From Tubiluchus corallicola (taxonomy: Eukaryota > Animalia > Priapulida): DNA of 64,000 bases. This document shows, piece after piece, positions 15,994 to 29,700 of the stretch. Position numbers and translations under genes: made by a program. The DNA lies in assembly GCA_030141605.1 (NCBI GenBank), contig JAQGDQ010000202.1, forward strand, positions 280,099 to 344,098, written 5' to 3'. The first letter of the stretch is position 1, and the number at the start of each line of letters is the position of its first letter. Below the pieces are notes generated by a model. That model was given only the letters and a program-made list of their open reading frames with translations. It made no database searches and was not told the DNA's origin.

Positions 15994-16091
15994 ATAAGAA
16001 CGCAGCAGCCGGAGCAGTGGCACAGAAGTATTCAGCAAGTTTGATTACGCAAATTTTTATTCTTATTGTCATTAAGTTGAAAATTTTCTGA
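15994..16091 (+). CDS. Exon 2 of the nested Fz-CRD gene: GPI-anchor-like C-terminus
   Basis: ttttttacag acceptor, phase 1 match; (D)KNAAAGAVAQKYSASLITQIFILIVIKLKIF*: small-residue omega-like site, spacer, terminal hydrophobic stretch. Confidence 0.65.
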
Positions 16092-16279
16092 ACAAATTTG
16101 TATTCAAATTATTTTTCACAGCCCTTGTATATATATTTAATTAGCAAAAAAATTCTTGATAAAAAGTACAATATTATTATAACGTGGTTTTTGTCTTGCA
16201 TAAATTTCATTATTGTTGAACAAGCATTGAAAATTAAAAATAACCTTTAAATTCCTTTACAAGGATGCAGTGAATCAGT

Positions 16280-16800
16280 GAATAAGCAAGTAAATAGGCG
16301 AAAGAAGCCAACAAATAAATGAATCTTCGAACAAAAAAGCGAGGAAATAAACAAACAAACGCGTAAACGAATGAAGAGCAAATAAATGAATAAACGAAAG
16401 AAACGAAAGAACGAAGAGTGAATGAGTGAACAATCAACCAAACGAGTAAACATACGAAAAGCAAACGAATGAACTAAGGATGAACGAATGAACGAACAAA
16501 CAAACGGGCAAACTGACGAAGAATGAACGAAAAAATGGTAAACAAACAAACGGTAAATGAACGAAGAGTGAACGAAGCCACAAACGAACGAAAAGCAGGT
16601 AAACGAGCAAACAAGCAAATGAACAAAGACGAACGGATGAACCAACATGGATAAACGAGCAAACGAACGAGAAGTGAACGAATGAATGGATTGGATAGAC
16701 AAATGAAAGAACAAAAAATGATCAATCTGACGGAAAAACAAATGAGCAAGAACACAATGCACGAACAAACGAATGAGTTTGATGAATAAATGCATAAATG
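16280..16800. repeat. Degenerate tetranucleotide (AACG/AATG/AACA) low-complexity tract
   Basis: Direct observation. Confidence 0.85.
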
Positions 16801-17408
16801 TAATTAAAGCACATTTTAAACTGGGTATGGCCACGCGGAGGGCGTTGGAAGGTACCTAAAAGCGTCACTTCGCTTTTGATCGACCTTTTTTGTTTGGCGC
16901 ATTTTTCCAGGCACCCATTCGACCCAAGCGACAAAACGATATTTTATCAAAGAGACTTGCAATTGAGGATGATAAATGATTCTTATTTTACCATCATAAG
17001 ACGCAAATTACCTTGCCTCATCACAGTCAGGAAATTCAGCCACGGGGTCGCTGAAGCTTAGTTCTAAGAGGTTTCTTTCTGGAAGATATTTCGATATTGT
17101 TCTTAGTAAATGCGCAAACCGAAATCACAAAAATTCCACAGTACATTTATGAATTTTATGCTAGCCAGCTCTTCAGTCTCCACAGATATACTTTTGTTAA
17201 AAGCTTCAACGAAAAATTACAACAAAATCAGCAATGTACAATCTCTCGGTGGTTTTTGAGCTGGGTCTTACAGAAAACCTCCCACCTGAACGGAGTCGCA
17301 GTCCTTCTGTAGAGGCCTGTACAAAACTCGCTTTTGTAGTTCTACAGAAACATTATAAAGACAGTTTTGCAAACGACAAATACAAAAAAATACAAATACT
17401 GTGGTTAC

Positions 17409-17589
17409 CTTATGATTAATTAGACCTGGTGGCACCCAGGAATATCCAGCTGCTAGCATTTGATCTCGTTGCATCCTCATCTTCAAATTATCTGGCATTT
17501 TAAAGCCTATCCATTCCCAAACACTGACGTAACCATCAGGACGGATTGCATGTACACTGCGTGGACATTTGCAGAGAACGCACACCGTT
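17409..17589 (-). CDS. PET-LIM (LIMPETin/Limpet/LIM-9-like) exon: Cys-rich N-terminal motif and start of PET domain
   Basis: Encodes (R)TVCVLCKCPRSVH...GYSWVPPGLINHK; tttag acceptor, AAG|gtaacc donor; YxWVPPGL is the PET hallmark. Confidence 0.9.
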
Positions 17590-18754
17590 CTAAAATAGAA
17601 AAAACACAACGGTCTAACATATACTTTGCCGCAATAATACAAAAAAAAAACAATCCAAAAATGGAATGTTCAAGAGTAGTTTAGGCCATAGCCTTTACTA
17701 GTTACTGATGTGTATCGACAACATTTTCTAGCACCCACCCAAAGGACAGAGCACAGCCAATCATTGGAGGCAAATTCATTTACCGTTGTAAAAGAAGTCA
17801 GTTAGAAAACAGAAAGCAATTATTAGCTATTACGTGGCCTACAATGTATTGCGTAAGTTCATCAGAATTATTCTGCTTTAGAGCACATTTTGTCGTATAT
17901 AATGTTTTGTCAATGCCAATAACAGCATGACAAACAGGGATGTTTACTAGCTATGGTTCACGGCCTCAATGGTTATATCCCACCTAGATAATGACAGAGT
18001 CACAATTACGATCATTGAAAATTCAATTTGATGTTAACTAATTTGTTATATATTGCAAGTATCACAATCGCGCAAATGCTTAAGAGCACTTCAGAAATAA
18101 CCATCATAGAGTTAAAAAAAGCGTGATCGATTATAATTTTTAAGTAAAGCTTTTGTTATCATATTATTATTAATAGTTATTAATTGAATTTTCTCGGATT
18201 ACTTAATGCAAATTTATAACGAAGACAATAAATATTTACATCCCACACAAAAACGCCGTGCTGTTTTTATCGACAATGAATTTATTAACAAGGGAAATAA
18301 TGCAATAATGAAATAATTCATTCAATCTCGCACTTTTTATCTGTGAGATAGAATATGAGTCGTCTTTTGACTGTTGTCGCCTATACAAATACACTGAAGG
18401 CACAAATAGGCCTGATTACTACTTGTTAATAGTAAATAATACGTTTCTTCATCAGAGCAGCATGTCATAGTTCCCATTGTTAACGATATAAAGAGACTAC
18501 TGAAGCTTTTGGTTGTCCTCCAAGAAACTGAACCTGAGGCCTTCTACTTGAAAACCGTAGAGTGCCATGGGCACTTATAATTAGTGAGTCATTGAAGAGT
18601 TGTTCGACAGCAAAATTTATTCTAATTCGAGTTACGGTTTTTGTCAATGGTTCAATCACATTTGAGCATTGCAAACATAGAAATTCACAAGCATAACTGA
18701 AAGCAGTGAGAAACTTTTGTCATAATAAGATCAGATCTAAAACCAGATTTACAG

Positions 18755-20390
18755 TGACGTGACCTTTTGACAGAGGTCGTTGTTCATCACTTTCAAGACC
18801 CCTACCGGTGTTTACCGTGCGAGTTTCGTGTGTCTAGAGCTTGGCGTTTGGCGAGCTAACGTCAATGAAAAGTGGATGTGCTAATTTTCACATTTTAACT
18901 CCCGCCTGAGGAATTAAATTATCCCAGTTTTAGCAAAGTCTGAGTCCGCTCTGCAAATTCCCTGAATCTGTAACTATTTTAGAGTCGTTCAGTGTTAGGA
19001 GTGTTAGTTCCTAAATCGGACCCTTAAAGAATCTCAGCTTTTTAAACGCTTAGGAGTAACATCTAACTCACATTACTTAAACACTTATGGAAAAAATAAG
19101 TTTAACTTAAAACCCTAGGTGAAGTTGAATGGTAATCCAAAAACTGATCGATGTCCATTGTCCTGACCTTTTAACCGATGTCACTGTTCATCACACCACT
19201 TTCAAGGCCACTACCTAGATATCTGACCTGTAAGTTTCGAAACTCTAGCCCTGGCGTTTGCGAGTTAACGAGATTTAAAAAATGAAAATCTGTATGCTTA
19301 ACAAAATGAAAAATGTCGTTGTTGTTGTTGTTGATGATGATGATGATGATGATGATGAAAAATCAGTGTATGCGTGTTCTCCTATCGCTGGCGGGTAAAA
19401 AATCGAAACAAGAATTGCTGCTCAACGATTTCTCGTTGGCATCTACCTCGTAAGCAGGAGGCCCAAAGTTCAAGTCCTGTTTCAGTAATTTTCCCATGCT
19501 AACCATGAGACTAAATATCTTCCTATTAGTAAGAAAGAACGTATTATTAGTACGCAAGTAACTCCATTTTCGCGTCTATACTATGTTATTCAATTTGATA
19601 TAAAAGCCATTGATTAAAGTCCAATTCATTTCTTGAATTCTTTTAAGAAAGAATTGGATTGTTATCATTAATGTATGACCCGTTGTGCGGACGTAAACAT
19701 ATTTGATTATGGGACATAATTACTACAAGTAACTATTAATAACTGAAGTAAGGCTTCGGGTGACCCACATATTTCCTAATTAACTTTCGGCAGTAGTCAA
19801 CTTGTGCAACATTTTCTATCCGCTTTGAAATTTTTTCAAGTGAACTTCTATCTTTCCACTCTGAGTCTGCTTTCGCTCAAAGTGTAAACTCTCCTCTAGT
19901 CCGACGCAGCCGCTTTGCAAATACAATGAAACCTTTGATGAAACCATGCCCTCGAGTGTGAAACTGCAAATAACCTCTTGGTCCGTTGTAAATAGTCGAA
20001 GAAGATTGGTTTTAATTCCGTCGTTGTATCAATTCTCTTGTGCAAATGTACATATCAAACTAATAGTTGTGAGAATTGATTACCTAAGCCAAGTTAAGCA
20101 ATGGCTATCCCAGGATATGGATTCCGTTGAGTAAAGACATTTGAATGATTTCTGCGAATTTTTATTAGGATATAACAAATTGCATATTATAGACGAAAGT
20201 GTCAGAAAAGTAGGTCTATGAATGTAAGAGACACGAAATTTATAGGGTATGTACCTGAGGTTGGGGCCTTGATGTGGTGAACGGTGATTTCGGTTAAAGA
20301 GTGAAGGACACTGGATATCGGCCAGTTTTTCGATTGATTACCATTCAACTCCACCTGGAGTTTTGAGTTAAATTCGTTTTTTTATAATAT
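18755..20390. repeat. Three diverged copies of a dispersed repeat (18755-18860 +, 19085-19275 +, 20205-20390 -)
   Basis: Shared tgacctttt..gttcatcac..ttcaag..ctac..agtttcg..tctag..tggcgtttg..gag.taacg; the ggtgaagttgaatggtaatc motif is reversed near 20340. Confidence 0.6.
19415..19520 (+). mobile_element. tRNA-derived SINE-like relic
   Basis: ctacctcgtaagcaggaggcccaaaGTTCAAGTCC: anticodon-arm-like segment plus B box, but no intact cloverleaf. Confidence 0.4.
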
Positions 20391-21239
20391 TTACGAAAGG
20401 CAGGACTAATGTGTACCTGGGCGTTTGCAACTGTTTCTATCTTATGTCAGTACAAGATGACTTCTCTATGGCCTGTAGAATATATAAAGCCGTTTAAAAA
20501 TTCCGTTTTCCCCTCGGTTTGTTATTCGTGAAACTCTCAACCCGAACAGTTGTTTTTCTGAATACTGCAGCTTCAGCAGCAACAGAAACCTCCTATCATT
20601 ATACGAATTCTATTCTTCTGAACAGGTATTCAAATTTTCCACTTTATACGTGATCTAAGTGGCCATTGCCCTTGTTTGGGACATATAAAATAAGCTTGCA
20701 CACATGGCAACGACAGCTTATGTATTTACCAGCAATAAAGAATAATATGCAATTTGTATATGCATAAGCAATATTATATACTAAAGATACCCTAAAGACA
20801 ATAATTGCATAATTTTCCACTCGATGAAAGGTTTCTATAAGGAAATTGTTTACTTAATTGTATAAACATTGAGAGAAATGCCCAACGCCTTTTATTATTT
20901 GTGAGACTTAGGAGCACGCAACTCACGACAATATTTCGAGTTAAAATTTAGGTGCAGTTAAAATGCAGCCGACTACGAAATTTGACGTCCTAGCGTCGAA
21001 CACTTGTCAGCGTTTTAGAAAATCAAAGGTAGAGGTCCGATTGAGTTATTGTCATTGAGCGACTTCCGAAAGGGCACATTTTACTCTGTTCTCTGAGTTT
21101 TAGCAAGTCAGAAACCAGATTTTAATTTCCTGGCTTACAAACCACCATGAATTAGAAATTATAAGGACGCCAATGAGCCTACTTTAATATGTAAACTCAT
21201 AATTTAGGATCAACACTTTCCTAGCGCTTTGATACAAAT

Positions 21240-21252
21240 GCACACACACGCA

Positions 21253-21330
<78 letters not shown>
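21240..21330. repeat. (CA)n / (CACG)n microsatellite
   Basis: Direct observation. Confidence 0.97.
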
Positions 21331-21333
<3 letters not shown>

Positions 21334-24300
21334 TGCTTTTAATTGCACCTATTTCAAAGTTTTATGAAGAACTCAACAATAAGCTTAATTTTTAAATGTT
21401 AGTAGCAGCCATTTTGAAATCCAGAGTCGTGGAAGTAGATATGCACGAAAAAATGGTACCTATCATTTTTAAATTTGGCATATCCAAACTGACTTAACTA
21501 GCCCCAAAAATCCATTCTCGCACAGAAATCGAGCTGTTTTTAGGGCCTGTATTATTTGTTAAAAACCCAAACAGGACGTCATGTCCACGCGAGTTAGCTA
21601 ATCTGCTTAGGTACACAATTCGTAGTTAAAGTTCGGAGTTCGAGGCTGAGAGGCCCAGAAAACGTTATAATCACATCTGAGTTTGCATGGTCTCCTTGTT
21701 AAATTGAGTATTTCGGAATTTTTTTATCACTTGCCGACAAAAGTACTAGTTACTTGCTTTTGAAGGTGAATTAATCACTGCATACTGTCGTCAAGAGAAA
21801 GCCACTCACCAGTCTTCCAGTCTCCCAAGTTATGAATAGCTACGTTAATTTGTTTTTGTATGTCAACATAACAACGTTTACGATTTATGTACCGTTATGC
21901 GGGTATAAAGTACGATGAGCAATCATGTGGCTCGAACAAACCAAGTGTATGCAGTTTATATAAACAATATAGGCTGGTTTAATGGAAATAGCTCTAATAT
22001 AACATGCAGAGAACAGAAATGTTATGAGACAATTTTAAATTTGTTTTCTTGCAAAAATATTGAAAAGTTACCTATGAACAAGCAAATGAGAAAAGATGAA
22101 AATAAAATCTTCGATGTTTTAGGGAAATAACATAATCAGTATACATTTTAGCTCAATTCATGGGTGGCAATAAAGGCCCTAAATCCGTAAGATGGGGTGA
22201 AATAAGCGTCTGGGATGAAATGGGCATACTTGTTTTAAGGCAATATAAGTACTCAGAGTTTTATTCTAATGTCAACTCTTCCTATTGTATAGACTAGTTA
22301 ATGCAAAAAGCTATTGAATGCATTGCTTATTTATGAGTATTTAATTAGTATTTGTATTGCTTCTACCACCATAAAAACATTACATTACAAAATTTTGCAT
22401 TAGCGGTTTATAAAGGGGTATATAAACGTACTTCAGACGAGGAAAAGTGTAAAAAATGCTTCAAACTCAGGAAGCAACCAAGTAACCGGGTATAGCTGTT
22501 ACAAAGTAGGAGATTTTGTAGTTTTAGAGTACAAAAAGGAGATACGGTAAGATACCTGATATTTCGCCAGATGGTGATGTAGAAGTGTCAACAATGACAC
22601 CTGCGGCCTCTTGGATTAATAGGAGACGGTCTGAGATTGAGTACAAATGCTTTAACACATCAGACAAAGTAGTGCAAGTGTTAGTACAAGCACTTACACC
22701 AGTTAATGCTAGAGGCATGTGCAGACGTTCCGGCCATGATGCGATGTGTAATTATTAAGCCTAGACCAATTGCATAAATGATCGACAACACAAGTTTTTT
22801 CAGTATAAATAATTTCGATTTTTTTAAATTCACATATTATACCTCAACTTACACATTAAAATGAGCGCAAGGCAAATAAACAGCACATTACCCATATCAG
22901 CCCAGAGGTGGAGTAAAATGAATACAAGCCGTTTTTTTTCAAATAATATCGCGTAAGTCAAACAGAATGTTTTTGTTTGCTACTGTGAGGACTTTTACTG
23001 AACAAAACAAACTTAGAGAACGCTAGGTTGAAACAAAAAATAAAAATAAAAAAAATCACCGAGGGTAGAAAAATTTAGTTTTTTAAAAACTGCAATTTAA
23101 AACAAAAACTGCTCATTATACTACACTTAGGCTTTTATGAAAACCGTTTCCTGACATGAATTTATGTAAACAATTATGTGCGCAATTTTGCAATTTAGCA
23201 AATAACGACAAAAAGACAAGAAGTGTTATAGGTTCCTGACTTACCAAAGTTCACTTTGACTGCAATAAAATCTCACTACTTGGCCTTCCCTTTTAGTTAT
23301 AGCGTTTTAGTTATGAGCGAAAAGGCACGGTCACAATTTCATTAAATACCATAAAATCATATTTTATGACACATGTGGCTAAAATCGCTTCACAGTAAGA
23401 AAATGCTCCGCTAAGCCAAGCAGCAGTCTGTGCACCTAATATAATAGAAGTTTAAACCGAATTTCAGAGCAACCAGCACCTATATGCATTTATAACTGAT
23501 ACTTACATGTTATATGTATACTCATGTCTCTCTCTCTTCTATTCGCAATATTATTTAAACAAAGTGCCGATATTGATGACGGACAGCCGCGCTCCTTGTG
23601 TTTGCGCAAGACTGGTTATAGTTCAAGATGGCGGACGCAAAAAGGGGATAAGCAGAGTCTGCATTTCCTATGTCTGTCAAAGAAACTAACTTTATTTCTG
23701 AACATTGACGATAGGAAAACAAATTACTCCTTTAGTTATCCACTTAAGAGATGAGCTGGCTTAGCACCATAGGTATGGCGTTGCCCTAGGTTCGAGTAAA
23801 TTGTCTCAGTCTTGTGTCAACTTCAACTAATGCATGGTCTATGTACAGGTGAATGAGAGCTATCAAAGAATTAAGAGGGTGGTTCAAGAGACAGGCTTGT
23901 CTAGTCGTACAAAATGACCAACAGTTATGTTTCGTTGATCACCAGATTGTCAAGGTACGTAATAACTTTTTGGGTACAGAAAGAGAAGTCTATTTCTTAG
24001 TTCGGACTATTTTACTATGGTTTCGTTGTCATAGATTAATGCATCACGCCACCATTGTTCCGCCCCACCGTTTACCATTTATAATATAGCAAGTCAACAA
24101 CATGTCATTATTTCAAAATACTACTCCATGCAGCTATCAGTTAATTATGATGCATACGAATAATGAAAGGGAATTGCAGCTGTGCAAATTAGCACGATAA
24201 TTAATGAAGAAACAGCTAGATAAGTTTGGAAATTAAATTAACTGATTTCTAAAGAAAACTATTATATCCTTGTCATCCTGGACTTTCTAGTCAACTTTAG

Positions 24301-25378
24301 GCACTGCGTCACCCGGCTTTGAGGGCTATTATAAAATAATTCGAGATACACATATAATCTTATTAGCTATCTCAGTTAATTTGATAATGTTGCTAGTGAC
24401 AACTGCACTGAATGATTTATCTCAAACATATGTTAGTGGATATTCAAATCAAACTCATTGCGCAATTGCTGTGAAAACTTGAAGCACTTTATTAGTTAAG
24501 CATTGGTTAATATTAATAAGAGTCATTGAAATTTGCAGTCATTATGCTCAACACGAATTTGAAAGCTTGGTTCAAGGAAAGAGTACTCATAGCCACTGTT
24601 TTATTTTAATTTTGAATCAGCATAGCAGCACACATATAACTTTCTTGTTTTCATAGTTTGCTTTAATCTTGTGAATTACTTTGTGCAGACTTTCATATAA
24701 AGGACGGATTACTAGGCTAATCTGAAAATAATGAATTATAATAAGTTGCAGCTCTTTTGTGCAGTTTCAATTATGATAATCCTACCACAAAATATTTATT
24801 AAATCTGTGCAATATAGAGACCTATTCCAGTAAAGCTTAAATGCTAGATCAACGAAACCTAGCATTGTTGGGAAAACCATTACGGTTTAAGCGGGTTTCA
24901 TTTTGAAACCTTCTATTCATCAATACATTTATTAGTCTTAGTTAACATATTGCGGTTGTCACGGTTTTGACTGATCTTCATCAAGCAATAAAGCTAGGCA
25001 ATCTGGCAAGCAAGTGACAAATGCTGCAAATAAACGTTGAAAAAGTGTCTTAACATTATTCAGCCGGCGTAATCCAATAAAAATGACAAAAAACAGCGGG
25101 AAACCTCATGCGCCGTAGATTCCCTAATTCCCTGAAAATCAGTTTAAAGATAAATTTATCGTAAGCCGTTAGTTTTGATGAAATAAAAAAAGATAATACA
25201 GCAACGGCAACTAGCGTGCACACGAAGTAAAACATTAGACTTGTACCGTTTTCTACAAGCTACCCCAATTTTCATTTAATAAAAAGCAGGCTGTTAGTTT
25301 GTAAATCATTTGCCATTGCATTTTCAATGACCCTCCATTATTACACATTTTATGTTGCTGGGATTTTCCAAATTATTG

Positions 25379-25560
25379 AATTTTTATGTCACACCAACAA
25401 ACAATGAAGCAAGTAGATACACTTCTTGTTTATTTATAATATTTGGATATTCTGGCCCTCACAGTCATGATATAATTATCGAAAACATTACTATATTGTG
25501 AATAAACAAGAAGTGTATACTGTCTGCTTGCTTCATTATTTGTTGGTATAACATTAAATT
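25379..25560. repeat. Imperfect inverted repeat (~65-bp arms, ~50-bp loop), MITE-like hairpin
   Basis: accaacaaacaatgaagcaagtaga..tacacttcttgtttatttataatat pairs with atattgtgaataaacaagaagtgta..tctgcttgcttcattatttgttggt. Confidence 0.8.
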
Positions 25561-25634
25561 TCACTAACGTTTTAACTTGATGGCGCGGGCGGGGGCAGCT
25601 ACACAACAAAGCATTTATTGAGGTAATTAATTAC

Positions 25635-25669
25635 CTAGAGAAGACAGCATAGAAAGCCATCTCAGCCAT
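25635..25669 (-). CDS. Candidate alternative first coding exon of the PET-LIM gene
   Basis: aacATGG context, MAEMAFYAVFS then AG|gtaatt; phase 2 compatible with exon 17409-17589. Confidence 0.3.
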
Positions 25670-26447
25670 GTTGGAATCTATTAGTGAGGCTTGGAAATAT
25701 TACGATATTCTTGATGGCGTTTTTTGATTGACCTTCATTAGCTGACTAACAAGCTGAGTTATACTGAAACGCCTAAGAGAAACACAGGCACATATGCATT
25801 CTCAAATGGGTGAAAACGCTACTTCACTGAATCAAAGTTGCTAGTAGTTCGCCATGATTTCTTACGTGAGAGACAAATTCGTCTGCCTGAGCTTTGTCTG
25901 CCCCGGTTGCAAGACAGCACAATGCATGATATTATGGTTCTGCCGTTTAAGGCATCCAAGAGCGTTTTCACATATTTTAGAAATTTTAGTAAAATAGTTT
26001 GTATAATGTATTCAGGTAAGTATACTTGTACTATACAGTAATAGGCCAAAGAATTAAAAAACCCGTTTTAGTGGGAATTATAATCGGTGGTATTTCCAAA
26101 AAGATAAACTCATGTTAATGCCACTACACTGTTTTCAGATCATACTACCAGAGAATATTGACAGCATATTTGTAACAGAACAAGCACATTTACTATTCAG
26201 TCTTGAACCTGATCACAACGTTTTTAAACAAATCTTGGCGTTTTCTTAAAAAAGCAAATCCAAACATTTACGCTTTGCAGGAATAACAAGACAGTGTTTT
26301 TAATGTTTTGCTTCAAAACATTGAAATCCCAAAAATGAGGACAAACTGACGAACTTTAAAGACAGTGTAAATTTTCCCATTTCGAAAACTGTATGACAAG
26401 AAATCCTAATAATAAGATGGTGGTATTAATGATGAGCATACTGGGAA

Positions 26448-26629
26448 TATTATTATTATTATTATTATTATCATTATCATCTTCTTCATCATAATCATCA
26501 TCATGATCATCATCGTCATCATCATTGTCGTCGTCATCATCGACGTCGTCATCCTCATCATCATCATCATGATCGTCATGATCATCATCGTCATGATCAT
26601 TGTCGTCGTCATCATCGACGTCGTCATCC

Positions 26630-26693
<64 letters not shown>

Positions 26694-26710
26694 TATCACC
26701 ATCATCATTA
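26448..26710. repeat. (ATT)/(ATC)/(GTC) trinucleotide tract with an internal duplication
   Basis: Direct observation. Confidence 0.95.
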
Positions 26711-29700
26711 TTTTATTCGTATCAAAATTTTGTACAGCAATGCAGTTTTAGTACAAAAATCATTTTTGTTAGTAGTTTAAAAAAGTGATGAAATCCATAT
26801 AAAATCGCCATCATGCTACATGTAGTTGCTTACACATTCATAAAATGCTTTTCTAACTTTTTTTTACATTAAAATTAAACCAAAGAATAAAACCATACTT
26901 CACCCTTAAATCAACATCTGAGTCATTCATAAAACACGACATGAGTGTGTGCATATGAGTATATGGTGTGTATACTGCAAACGAAAATGCTCACTTGTAC
27001 TTAGCAGCAAAGTTAATTCTTTCATTAATTCTTAGCAGCAAAGTTTTGAAATGAATGGAGACTTCAGTGTAATCGAAAATGAATGGTCAAATGATAAGTA
27101 AAAGGGTTGGCAGCGCGTTGTACAATGGTCTGTTTTGTTTCACTGGTTCCATTATCTGCATTAACCCCACGCGCAGTTTATCCTCGTCTCGAGTTCCTAA
27201 CTCAAATTACAGCTCAAAATTTGGCTTCATTAGCTTGACCTCGGCTAACCAGACAAGTGGTAAACGTTTAAATCCTAGCAGCTTAGCTTGTTTATTTAAT
27301 AAAAGATATCATGTTCCTATGAACACACGTAACAGTATCAGAGTAAAACGAAAGCAAATAGCCTATTTATTGTTAATGTTTATTGTTGTAAAGTGGGAAG
27401 ATTCTGGTTGGATTTCCGTGCAAACAGAAAACACCTAGCGAAGCTGCGCTTTAGGCCTGCTGGGTAGCAATGCCAAAGGTATAAAGCGTGTTAAATAGAT
27501 ACACAAAGAAAACGTATGTTTGTAGTTGCTTAAAACGGCTTATAACTTAACACTTTTTAATGACATACTTAATAATAATGCTTCCTTTTTCGGCCAGTAG
27601 ATGGCATATTCATATCAAAGTATTTATGATAGCAATTACTGTTACAATTGTCTACTGTAAGACGAGTTTCGCGCAATTTCGTACTTTTCCAGCTATGAGC
27701 GGCTTTTAAATTTTAAACTAATACTTTTCAGTGATTTTAAGAGCGAATTAAATTTAAATTGCAAAGAATGATAGTGTTTGTTCATGAGATGTAATACGAA
27801 AATTACGTTTTGATGTACGAAAAGACGCGAATATCGTTACCGCTTTTGCAGTTATCTATTAGCTGTATATGTTATTTAGCTACAAATACAAGAGAGCAAC
27901 AGGGTTAACTTATGATAATTATATAAGATAATTATTAGATTATTGAATCCAGGTCGGGATTGGGAATAATTCACAGATCTTCCAGCTATGAATAAGCGAA
28001 TATCGCGTATTGCTTCTTCGGAATCGGTTGAAAAAATTGCTGGACATTAAGGACGTATAATGATGTGTAAGCCCCTAATGGCCTTAACCTGTCTCTAATG
28101 ATGTTCTGCAACCTACGATTAATGATGACATAATAATTACTGTTCACTGCATAAATTAATAAATGCGGATCGGCGATGAAAGCCTAATATTTATGGGCAC
28201 AACAATTAACCATTTAGCGGGAGATTGGTAGGTATTACAGTAGTAACATATTTTAAGCTACCACTGGAGTAGCAAAAATCAAAAATAATTATGCAAACAA
28301 AACCAAAATTTTTTCTTTACATAATTTCGAAATCCGCGGCAAAAGTTATTACAAAAACTAATGAATTTAGAACTTGAAATGCGCAGTGCACAAACTTTTG
28401 TCTATTAAAATCAAAATAAAAAATCAGCACAGAATATAACACAGTGAACTATAAAATTAATGTTGATTGTAAACTTTATACGTTCGTTTTCGCTACATCT
28501 TTTGCTACGGATATGTGTAGAAATCTTCGCATTACGATAAATCTAAAAAATGCATAATATTCCTCTTTGTCATTACCAAATAAAATATTTCTGATTATTT
28601 CAATTTCATAAACCTATAGCCGTTGACATAATAGACTAAAATGGACTTGATCTTATTATGATTTGCTAATCGTGCATTAATTTAGTTATTATTAAAACGT
28701 ATTGAGATTGGCTTATACCAAAAATCTTTTCTCAATATTGGCACATTATTCAATCGAATTTGTCCACAGTGAGACGAATATAGTCACCACTAATAGGTTT
28801 TTCCATAACAAAAAACTCAATTTCCAGCAAAACTAATGTACTAGATGCTACCAGGGAAAGTCGCACAGCAGCATCACTCTGTGTGATCTGACTTCAAAAT
28901 ACTCCCAATCATAAAAACAACACATCCCACCTACAAAAACCATAGCACTTCACGTAGGGCTGGAAGAACGGAAAATAAATAGGCAAGCTTTATTTACAAA
29001 TACTAACCGAAAATAGTACAAAGCAGCTGTTTTTCATGAAAAACTGACCCTTTTATTTCCGTCTCTAGGCTATGTTTTCTTGTTCCGTTTGTATCGTTTC
29101 TACAGATGGCAAATGGATGGTAATTTTCGGTCTAATTTTGAAGCTGCAATTCAAAGTTTAAGTGAATGTCATTAGATGAATCCAGTTTTTCTGACGTGTC
29201 AGAGCTGATTTTCTGCTTTTGCATATTTTAAAGCAAGGCAGCAATGACAGTATATAACAACTCATAATCATTATTCACTGAGTCCAGAAAACAAAATAAA
29301 ACCTTGAAAGTAATTCGCGATTAGAACTTTACTGCGAAAATAAGTGTGCAAGTATTAAGCGCATATGTTTGTCCAAAGTTCATCGTTAAAGAATTAACCC
29401 AAGTATAGCGATAGAGCGATCACTAGAGTGAGCCCAACTGCTGATGAAAATAACGATGCCTTAAACAATTTCTTCATTATCAGCATATGAATACACTCAA
29501 AACATTATCAATTCACCTTTCTACTATTGAATCTTCAGAAAGTGGTTATAACAAGGAATAATTAACCTAAACTCCCGCACACATATTTAACACCTGAGAA
29601 CACTACAGTGGCACTTTGTAAGCATTTTATAAAAAAAATTCAATCAGAAATCTCAAGTTTCGCGCGTTAATTTCATGCGTTCGTTTACGAAAAGTTTGCC

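Noticed and set aside
19415-19480. Functional tRNA-Thr(CGT)
   Set aside because: Only a B box and an anticodon-like loop; no acceptor stem or D arm
22524-22760. Short open frames on both strands
   Set aside because: No recognisable motif and no consistent splice signals; possibly transposon debris
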